In this document: positions 33,437 to 41,087 of the stretch, piece by piece
Numbering within the stretch: the first letter of the stretch is position 1
Layout: the number at the start of each line of letters is the position of its first letter
NCBI GenBank assembly: GCA_001800005.1
Contig: MGUL01000041.1
Coordinates: 31,855-74,297, forward strand
DNA: 42,443 bases
Direction of reading: 5' to 3'
DNA from: Elusimicrobia bacterium RBG_16_66_12
GTDB lineage: Bacteria; Elusimicrobiota; Elusimicrobia; UBA1565; UBA9628
The notes under the pieces: generated by a model
What the model saw: only the letters and a program-made list of their open reading frames with translations
Database searches by the model: none
What the model was told of the DNA's origin: nothing
Made by a program: the position numbers and the translations under genes

Positions 33437-36400
33437 CGGACCTTCCGGAAAATATCCGGCCGCTGGGCGATCCTAGCCCCTAGATTCTCTCGATAATGCC
33501 AGACCCACACTTCGCCCCCTTGAGCGATAATTGCTTGGCGCTGGCTCTCGTCGCGGGCCTGGACCTCGGGAGTGTCATGTGGCGATCCATCACAGAAGAC
33601 CCAAAATCGCGGCTCGTAATAGAAGTCAGGCTGGCAGTAAATCCCTTCGATTCTTTTTTGCGCCGCATCAGGGAGGCGAAAGCCGCCGTCGTAGAGGTGC
33701 TTGATGAATGCGCGCTCGGTCGACGAGTTGGGGTCGAGATGCCGCAACATCGCTTGATGCTGCTCTTCGTAATCCCGAAACCCGGTATTCGTCTGAATCT
33801 CGATGTCGCACAGCGCAAGTTTATCCAGCGCCTCGCGAATTGCAAAGCGATCGATAACGTGATGGTCGCGCTGGTTATAGTAACTGAGCAGATCGTCGTA
33901 GGATGCCGGCGCCAGGTACTTCGGGTCGTCATAGCGGCAGATCTTCTTCGCCGCTTCGATTACTTTGCGGAATGTTTGAACGTTTTCAACGAATTGCGAA
34001 AGAATCCCGAGGCTTCCTTCGGAAGCTTCGTAGAGAAGAATGTTAGGCGCCTCGGCATCACCAACGGAAACCACTCCGATCTCACTCGGTTCCACCTGAA
34101 AGACCGTCTCTATCGCCCTCTTGAGCGCGTGCTGGAGCGTAATGACCCCCGCCCACGCCAACCCAAGCGGCTGTATAGGCTCGATATACATCGCATCAGC
34201 TACATTCGAGGTGAAGAGTTTGACCAGCCGGAACTCTTCACGCATTGTGTCATCGGGTTCGGGCATCGAACTCTGCCAATTACCGGAGGTCAGGCCTATC
34301 GGGAAACCCTCCACTTTTTGCGTGCGCCACTTCATGTTCACGTGGATGAGCCGCGCCGCGGGTATATAACGCAGGTTTAGAAGAGCGGTCCCGCTCGATC
34401 GGGCGATCGCCTTGCGGACCCGATCTAATGGCCCGCCATCAACCGCGAAATAAGTCTGGATATCAAAGCCTCGGGAGACACGCTCCTCCTCCTCACATGA
34501 AATCCGATCGACCTCCTCTGCGCGAGACTCGGACATTTCCAGCAGATCATGAAGATGCTCTTTGTTCGCATTGTCGGCGAGATTCACTCCGGAGAAGGGA
34601 CAAATCTCCAAGTCCTTCTGTTCACCGGTCAGGTAGTATCCCGCCTTGGTGCTGATCTTCGCTTCAGTCAGCGAGGACTCTGCATCCTGCAACACCATCT
34701 GATCCACCTTATACTTCCGGCCGTTGTGATAAATGACGTTAAGTGGACCGAATTCACGCAGTGCGATCGCGCGGGGGCGAGAGATGAACTCACCAGATGA
34801 GCCGCCGGTCGGCACGAAAATGCGAATCGGTAGCCGCGTGAAGTTATACCCAGGAAGGAATCCCTCGGAGGCGAGGTAACGATACGGGTAAAATTCTGAC
34901 AGGGTGGCAGATCCGGAGGTGTCGTTTCGCAGGAGATTGAGCTGACGATTGGCCTGATCCTGGTGGCGCTTGTACTTCTTGTATTCGTCACTGCTCACGC
35001 TGAGTCGTCCACTGTCGATCGGCTGAGTGGCCCGCGTAAGCAGCGACCGCGCGGAGCGATATAGGCGACGCCAGCGTTTCATCGCATCATCGAGCTTATC
35101 GTCGAGTTTGCTCAGGTTCTGATCAAGCCAGGCATCTGAATACCACGAATTCGCTCGCGTATCGAGATCCGTCTCAAAGTCTTTGATTACGCGCCGAAAT
35201 GTTGCCTTGATTGCGGTATAAGCCGCTGGAGAAATCTTCAGCCCTTCACGAACACCCGGCGCGAGAGGCATGTCGGCATTGTCATCGCTGACAAAGCGCA
35301 TCAGCGACGGCCGGTCGCCGCCTTCTGAGTCCAAACCAGGCAACCCGATCTCACTGATTGCCAGCGCATTCAGGTGCGTAACGAGAAGCTCTTGATTGCA
35401 CAAGTCCAGTCTGGGCGCCTGTACGGCGCCGGCGACCAGCTCCGCTTGCTGCTGGAAGTAGTGGCGATCATGAGCAGAGTAGCTCGAGCAATAGGTGAAC
35501 ACTAGAGCCCCTTGGCCGCTTCTTCCTGCGCGTCCCGAGCGCTGCGTATAATTCGCAGCGTTGGGCGGAGCGTTTCGCATATGGACCACACTCAAGCCGC
35601 CGATATCGATACCAAGTTCCATCGTTGGCGAGCAGAAAAGCGCGCTAATCGATCCACTGCGGATACGCGCCTCGTCGAGTTGCGTCTTCGCCTCGTCGAC
35701 ATACCAATCCGCGCGGAATCGGTCTTCCCGCTCTTGTCGGGCTTCCGTATTGAGTTGGCCCGTGTGATCCTCTGCCCGGAGCCTTTTGCCCTGCGAGACA
35801 TCCCGGCGATACATATCGCGAAAGAAAACATTCGGCTTCGGTTTCTGATCTTTGTAGGAACGGCGTTTGATGACATCCGGTTTTACCGCTTCACCATCAC
35901 CGAGCTTCCATTGGATCTTCTCGATCCGAAGACGGAATACCGGAACCTCGACATTCTTTTCGCTTCGCGCGCTCTGCTGAGATAAATAGTCAGCTTCTTT
36001 GAGCTTACCCATCAGCTTCATGATGAAGTCGCGGTAAAGGTCGCCTTTGAGATCGAGCTCGATCCCCTTATAGTTAGCGAAGTGCTTTATGTACTTCCCG
36101 AGAGCGCTGGCCCGTCCCATGCTTTTTGAGGCCAGACGCGCGGACTTGTGGAGCGGCTCAAGGCGGATGACACAAGGCTCACGAAGATCTTCTTTCGGAT
36201 CGAGCGTCCACGGTGCTTTAAGCTGCTCGCGGAAGTGCTTTTCAAATTCCTTCAAGCGCACGGCCGTCAGGAAGTTCTCGCTGTGGAGCGCATACTCCAA
36301 GCGGAAGAAGTCGAGGATCGTGGAGAGGAAATCCTTCCTATCCGCGTGAGACAGGTTGGAAACCAAGGGCATATCCGCCCAGAATTTATCCTCGGCGACG

Positions 36401-38604
36401 ATCTCGCCAAGATTTACGTAGTCAATATTCAATAGGCCGCACTGTTCTAAGTTCGGGAGCACAATACGCCAACTGCGCCGAAGATCAGAAACCGCCCGAT
36501 AAAAGAGATATGCCTGGAACGTCTGCTCGTAATCTCGACGAACCGTCGCGAGCGCAGGCTCCTGATCCCGGTTGCCAAAGTCGAGAAACGGCAGGGCGAG
36601 CGCCTTAAATACGGCCTCGCCGATATTGGCATAGGTCAATGTCTCGTTGGGTGCGCTTGCAAGCGCCTTGCGTATGCCCGCGCGAAGCTGAACAACTTGC
36701 ACGAAATCGTTGAAGTGTCCGGCCTGAAGCGCGGCGTCCTGTCGGTTATCTGTGAAGCTTAGGAGCTTCTGGTCCCGGGTTTGATACCCGGCGTCGTTCA
36801 GCTGATTTAGAATCGAGAAGGCCGTGATCGTGGTCGAGGTACTACGACCTTCGCTGCCGAGCTTCGTGAGCTTGGTCCCCTCCCGCATCTTGGCGTCGAA
36901 GAACACGCCCCCCGTAGGATCGAAAAGGAGCGGCGCCTCCATGAACCAGCCCCAGAACTTCATTGGTTTAGAATCTGAGCAGTTTCCAAATTCATCGAAG
37001 TGGATTTTTTTCGGGAAAAACGCAGCCTTTTTCGAATCGGGGACTGGGCCGCTCTTCGTTTGCCTAAACCACGCCTCGGGCAAATAATCGGAATCGACAG
37101 CGGGGTCCCACACCTCCTCTCCAACGATCAAATACCCGTCCGTCGTCTCTCCCTCCTCATCCTCGCTACTCTCACGGAACTCACGCGGTTCCAGTTGATC
37201 ACCGGCGCGAGACACGCAGATGAAAGGGAACCCAGTCGCGCGACTAAAGACATTCGGGAAGATCGGCTTTTTATTCTTGTCGTCTTGCTTGTAAATTCCC
37301 GGCTCGAGCGTGATGAAGCGGTTCTCATCCTGATCAAGCGTCGTGTAGACAGCACCCGTCTGGGCAATGAACTGGTGCAGTCGGAAAGGCAGCAGCGTGT
37401 AGCGAGATCCGCTGTTCTGAACTTCCTTGTTGATCGAACTAATCCACAGCAGCATGCTCTCTAGGCATTTTCGGCAGGCGTCCTCAGTTAGACCGGAGTC
37501 CTCAACGAGACGGGCGATTACAGTGCTGATGCGATGTGGCCGCTGACGCACCAACTTGCCTTCTCGTTCTTCGAGGGCTATCCGATTCTCGAGCCATATC
37601 GCGACGGGGTGCACTTTAAGTTTTGCCGCGTCGTATTTGGGGTTTAGGCCCGCGTTGATCGCTGCGGCGAGCGCCGAGCGTGTCGGGAGAGCGCCCGAAG
37701 GCTCAAGTGAGCGACTGAGCGTCTCTGTTATGACCTGATCGGGGGTGAATGGGCGTCCGAACATCGTTGTGGCAACCCGCGCGACCTGTTCTCGCTGAGA
37801 GACGAGGCTGCCAACAGAGACCATGGTCGCGGATGTGCCAATGCACGCGACCGGCTGCTTGCATTGCGCTCGAATTCTTCGGATGAGCATTGCAACGTCC
37901 GCGCCCTGGCGACCGCGGTAAGTATGCAGCTCATCAAATACTAGATAACGGAGATTTTCATAAATTGCATCACGGATCGGACGCTCCTGCACTCGCGTGA
38001 GCAGGAGTTCCAACATCATATAGTTCGTCAGAAGAATCTGGGGCGGATTCTCCCGCATTGCTATGCGGCGCTCTTCCTTTTCCTGGCCTGTATACTGGCC
38101 GAAGCTGATCGGGAAAGCCTTGCCCGTGCTCTTCTCGTAATTCTCTTTATATGTCTTGAATTCGTTGGTCTGAGAATTGATCAGGGCGTTCATTGGATAG
38201 ACAACAACCGCCGTACCACCCTTAGAACCTGGTTCAGTAAGAAGGCGATGGAAAATCGAAGCGATGTAGGTAAGCGATTTACCGGAGCCTGTTCCAGACG
38301 TCACAACGAAATCCTGGCCTGCAGTGCCGAGCTTGATCGCCTCCAGCTGGTGGCGATATAGCGAATAGCCTTTGAAAATGTCAGCCGTAGCGCCGTGCAA
38401 CACGCCGCCGGCGGCAACGGTACCAATGCCGCCAACCGTCTCGTAGGACGGATTGAATTGGAGCAGCGGCTGGGGCCAGAGTTTTCCTTCATCAAGCGCA
38501 GCCTCAACCGCTTCACGGATTGCCGGATCGGCGATGTTTATGAAGCTGCGGATGTAGCTGGCGTAGTCGCCAACAATCTTGGAATGAGTTTCGAAGACGT
38601 TCAT
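33433..38604 (-). CDS. 1723-aa SF2 (Lhr/YprA-type DEAD/DEAH) helicase fused to DUF1998 and a C-terminal Vsr/DUF559-like PD-(D/E)xK domain (DrmA+DrmB-like or DruE-like)
   Basis: Walker A is FVVTSGTGSGKSLTYI. Motif II is LVFDELHTYRGRQGADVAMLIRRI. Motif III is GTSATM. Motifs V/VI are SPTMELGIDIGGL...YTQRSGRAGRSGQGALVFTY. The DUF1998-type region is YRYLASEGFLPGYNFTRLP...ILLYEASEGSLGILSQF. The last ~98 aa (33436-33729) read STERAFIKHL...YCQPDFYYEPRFWVFCDGSPHD...RDESQRQAIIAQGGEVWVW. Confidence 0.9.
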   Translation of the reverse strand: MNVFETHSKIVGDYASYIRSFINIADPAIREAVEAALDEGKLWPQPLLQFNPSYETVGGIGTVAAGGVLHGATADIFKGYSLYRHQLEAIKLGTAGQDFVVTSGTGSGKSLTYIASIFHRLLTEPGSKGGTAVVVYPMNALINSQTNEFKTYKENYEKSTGKAFPISFGQYTGQEKEERRIAMRENPPQILLTNYMMLELLLTRVQERPIRDAIYENLRYLVFDELHTYRGRQGADVAMLIRRIRAQCKQPVACIGTSATMVSVGSLVSQREQVARVATTMFGRPFTPDQVITETLSRSLEPSGALPTRSALAAAINAGLNPKYDAAKLKVHPVAIWLENRIALEEREGKLVRQRPHRISTVIARLVEDSGLTEDACRKCLESMLLWISSINKEVQNSGSRYTLLPFRLHQFIAQTGAVYTTLDQDENRFITLEPGIYKQDDKNKKPIFPNVFSRATGFPFICVSRAGDQLEPREFRESSEDEEGETTDGYLIVGEEVWDPAVDSDYLPEAWFRQTKSGPVPDSKKAAFFPKKIHFDEFGNCSDSKPMKFWGWFMEAPLLFDPTGGVFFDAKMREGTKLTKLGSEGRSTSTTITAFSILNQLNDAGYQTRDQKLLSFTDNRQDAALQAGHFNDFVQVVQLRAGIRKALASAPNETLTYANIGEAVFKALALPFLDFGNRDQEPALATVRRDYEQTFQAYLFYRAVSDLRRSWRIVLPNLEQCGLLNIDYVNLGEIVAEDKFWADMPLVSNLSHADRKDFLSTILDFFRLEYALHSENFLTAVRLKEFEKHFREQLKAPWTLDPKEDLREPCVIRLEPLHKSARLASKSMGRASALGKYIKHFANYKGIELDLKGDLYRDFIMKLMGKLKEADYLSQQSARSEKNVEVPVFRLRIEKIQWKLGDGEAVKPDVIKRRSYKDQKPKPNVFFRDMYRRDVSQGKRLRAEDHTGQLNTEARQEREDRFRADWYVDEAKTQLDEARIRSGSISALFCSPTMELGIDIGGLSVVHMRNAPPNAANYTQRSGRAGRSGQGALVFTYCSSYSAHDRHYFQQQAELVAGAVQAPRLDLCNQELLVTHLNALAISEIGLPGLDSEGGDRPSLMRFVSDDNADMPLAPGVREGLKISPAAYTAIKATFRRVIKDFETDLDTRANSWYSDAWLDQNLSKLDDKLDDAMKRWRRLYRSARSLLTRATQPIDSGRLSVSSDEYKKYKRHQDQANRQLNLLRNDTSGSATLSEFYPYRYLASEGFLPGYNFTRLPIRIFVPTGGSSGEFISRPRAIALREFGPLNVIYHNGRKYKVDQMVLQDAESSLTEAKISTKAGYYLTGEQKDLEICPFSGVNLADNANKEHLHDLLEMSESRAEEVDRISCEEEERVSRGFDIQTYFAVDGGPLDRVRKAIARSSGTALLNLRYIPAARLIHVNMKWRTQKVEGFPIGLTSGNWQSSMPEPDDTMREEFRLVKLFTSNVADAMYIEPIQPLGLAWAGVITLQHALKRAIETVFQVEPSEIGVVSVGDAEAPNILLYEASEGSLGILSQFVENVQTFRKVIEAAKKICRYDDPKYLAPASYDDLLSYYNQRDHHVIDRFAIREALDKLALCDIEIQTNTGFRDYEEQHQAMLRHLDPNSSTERAFIKHLYDGGFRLPDAAQKRIEGIYCQPDFYYEPRFWVFCDGSPHDTPEVQARDESQRQAIIAQGGEVWVWHYRENLGARIAQRPDIFRKVR

Positions 38605-40581
38605 TTAAGCTAGCCACTCCGGCGGCACAAGCTTCTTTCCGCTGCGCCACTCTTCTACAAGATGAAGGTCAGGAATTTGGCCCCAGACATCCGAACCTGC
38701 ATGGTCGAGCACAATAATTTGCATCCGGTCACCGCTGTCCCGCACGACCGCGGACATGAGGCTAAACACTTTCCGAACTGCCTCGAGATCTTCGTCCTTA
38801 AGCTTTGGATCCTCGTCCTCTTGTGACGCTTTACCCGCAAGCCGTACAGGGAAGTAGACTTGGCTCGGCTGGTCGTAGACGACAAAGTTTGGCACAGGGC
38901 TGAAGGGAAGCCCGAGGAAAAACTGATGTAGCCCCAAGGACACGGCAACGTGATAGGAGAGCCAGTTTGAACCGCTCCCGATCTCCCATAGGAAGTCTTC
39001 TCTATCGATGCCTTTCACCTTGATCGAAAGGTCCGGGATTGAAAGGGAAATCGGATCGTTGGGCCGTTCAGCATCCAATTTTGGGATTAACTTTCCCGCA
39101 TTGAGGCTCACCGCATCCAGGGCGCGCTTTGTCTTTGCGCGGATCGCGCCCTCCGAAATGGCGAGTTCGAGGGCGGCCACCTGTTCCTCGAGCGACTTGA
39201 CCTCGTTATCAAGATTGCTGTCGTGCCCAATCTGGGAATAGAGTTGGAGCGATTGCTCAAGGTTTCCGATGAAGCGTGAGACTCGAAGGGAATCGTAGTA
39301 GGTCTGCTTTGCTTGAGAGGATCGCTTTTCAACAGCGTCTCGCCTAATCTTTATTCCATCAAGCTGCTCCGTAGTCTGCCGGATCTCAGTCTTCACTCGC
39401 TCCAACTCGCGATCAAAGGCAGCAGGCACGTTGCCGGCCTGCCCCGCGGACTCCTCAACGGTGCGAAGCGCTGTGCAGAGTGTCGCTAACCGCTCTTTCG
39501 CTTCTGTGATAGCATGCCCACATACAGGGCAGTCATTGCCGCCGCTGTGCATTGTGGCGAGCCAGTCCGAGATTTTGAGGCGATCTCGTTGAAGATGCAG
39601 GGCTCCCTCATATTCCTTGCTCGTCTTCCTGAGAGTCTCCATCTCGCCAAGTCGTCGCCTTAGCCCCGAAAGACGCATGGAGACCTGGGATTCCTCGGCC
39701 TGAAGGCCCACGAACTCTTGAACTGCCTCTTCAACCGTCTCTGATGTGACCTTATTGCCTGATCCGGCAGGACGCTCGACTACCTTTGAAAGCAAATCAA
39801 CAAGCTGGGCTTGGCTAGCATTCTGAGGTATTGGTTGATCGACAAGTCCTAATTCCCGTGCTTCTGTGGCCTTGGCCCGAATCTCAGCCATCCATCGTTC
39901 AGAAACCTGGCGCGCCGTCGCCAACTCGCCCTTCTTCCGGCGAAGCTCACGCCTTAATTTCTCAAGCTCATGCTGTTTAGCGAGGAGCTGCGGGGTAACG
40001 GCATTCAGGACATACGGGAAGATAGTTTGAAGTTTCTGCGAGTGCTCAGGCCGATCAGCCTTGTAGAACAAGATGTCGGGGTTCGCGACGACGTTTTGCG
40101 GCTGGAACAGAAACGGGCCGAGGTCCCTGAAACTTGGTCGAGACAGAAAGCTCGCGTCAGAGTCGTTGGGATCGAAATCTAGATTGGTCAAGCCTGCGAG
40201 TTCATCAAGCATTCGCTTTACAGCTCGAACGTTGGAGTTGCTTTGCGTGATCTGCGCGGGGATATCGACCTTGGGCGCCTCAACAACGAACATATCGCCC
40301 GTCGATTTCTGTGAACCAGGCTCTCTACGCGCGAATAACTTCTCGCCGGCCGCAGTCTGAACAACGACACCAAACCATTCACATGCGTTGCGGATGGTTA
40401 ATACCGGAATCGAGCACTTGTCGGATCCAAGACAGTAGTCGATTATTGGAATGATGGCCGATTTGCCCGTACGCGAGGAGCCGCTTATCACGTTTACGCC
40501 GTTGGTCTTAAACGGGAGTCGTCTCGGCAAAATTCCGGACTTCTTCGGCCACAGGACTATCTCTTTGATTTGGAATTGCAT
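38605..40581 (-). CDS. ABC-3C system ABC ATPase (DUF3732; SMC/Rad50-like with coiled coil and CxxC hook)
   Basis: Walker A is VISGSSRTGKSAIIPIIDYCLGS. The coiled coil spans ~aa 200-480 with CPVCGH at its midpoint (aa 351-356). The DUF3732 hallmark is FVVYDQPSQVYFP. The Walker B/D-loop is MQIIVLDHAG. The TAA stop (38605-38607) directly abuts the ATG of the helicase gene. Confidence 0.85.
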   Translation of the reverse strand: MQFQIKEIVLWPKKSGILPRRLPFKTNGVNVISGSSRTGKSAIIPIIDYCLGSDKCSIPVLTIRNACEWFGVVVQTAAGEKLFARREPGSQKSTGDMFVVEAPKVDIPAQITQSNSNVRAVKRMLDELAGLTNLDFDPNDSDASFLSRPSFRDLGPFLFQPQNVVANPDILFYKADRPEHSQKLQTIFPYVLNAVTPQLLAKQHELEKLRRELRRKKGELATARQVSERWMAEIRAKATEARELGLVDQPIPQNASQAQLVDLLSKVVERPAGSGNKVTSETVEEAVQEFVGLQAEESQVSMRLSGLRRRLGEMETLRKTSKEYEGALHLQRDRLKISDWLATMHSGGNDCPVCGHAITEAKERLATLCTALRTVEESAGQAGNVPAAFDRELERVKTEIRQTTEQLDGIKIRRDAVEKRSSQAKQTYYDSLRVSRFIGNLEQSLQLYSQIGHDSNLDNEVKSLEEQVAALELAISEGAIRAKTKRALDAVSLNAGKLIPKLDAERPNDPISLSIPDLSIKVKGIDREDFLWEIGSGSNWLSYHVAVSLGLHQFFLGLPFSPVPNFVVYDQPSQVYFPVRLAGKASQEDEDPKLKDEDLEAVRKVFSLMSAVVRDSGDRMQIIVLDHAGSDVWGQIPDLHLVEEWRSGKKLVPPEWLA

Positions 40582-41087
40582 TAGAAGCTTACCTTGAGGT
40601 TGACCGAGATTTCATGAAGGGACAACTGCCCACACCATCCGCCAAGCTTCTCAACTGCGCGGCTCAGTGGGCGGATGGATTCTGGAATACCAGCCTTGGG
40701 GGCGGTCACGGACGAGGCAAGTACGTTTCCTTTAGCCGCATCCAGCAGGAGCAACTTCGTAGAAAATGCGAGTCGGAGCGCTTCAAGTGAAAGCGGGCGC
40801 ATGGTCGTTGCTCGTCCTTGAATTGCCAGGATCAAATCGTTCTTGGATACGCTCGATTCGCTGAATTTGCCGATGAACGCGCGAAGCCCCGAGGCTAGTC
40901 GAGTGGAATGAAGTTGCTCCATCGTCTCAACGTGAAACGCGATTGGGAGAACTAAAAATAGCAGTGGTAACGGCGGCGGGCTATGAGTGGGGTTTGCTTC
41001 GGTATAGCCGACAACGAACCGCCATAGAAGTAGGGCGCCGAGAGCAGGGTTCTGTACGTTGTTCGCTTCGACGCTGAGGACGCTCAT
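40581..41087 (-). CDS. ABC-3C middle component-like protein (168 aa)
   Basis: The size, the position between effector and ABC ATPase, and the N-terminus NPALGALLLWRFVVGY...LPLLFLVLPIAFH match my recollection of ABC three-component middle components. Both junctions overlap (ATGA at 41084-41087; TAATG at 40579-40583). Confidence 0.65.
   Translation of the reverse strand: MSVLSVEANNVQNPALGALLLWRFVVGYTEANPTHSPPPLPLLFLVLPIAFHVETMEQLHSTRLASGLRAFIGKFSESSVSKNDLILAIQGRATTMRPLSLEALRLAFSTKLLLLDAAKGNVLASSVTAPKAGIPESIRPLSRAVEKLGGWCGQLSLHEISVNLKVSF

Noticed and set aside
30833-35985. Plus-strand ORFs inside the SNF2 and helicase genes (e.g. 30833..31411, 32651..33076, 33496..34380, 35512..35985)
   Set aside because: These are antisense to long ORFs with full helicase motif sets. 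They have no start-site signals or recognisable motifs, and I considered them chance ORFs.
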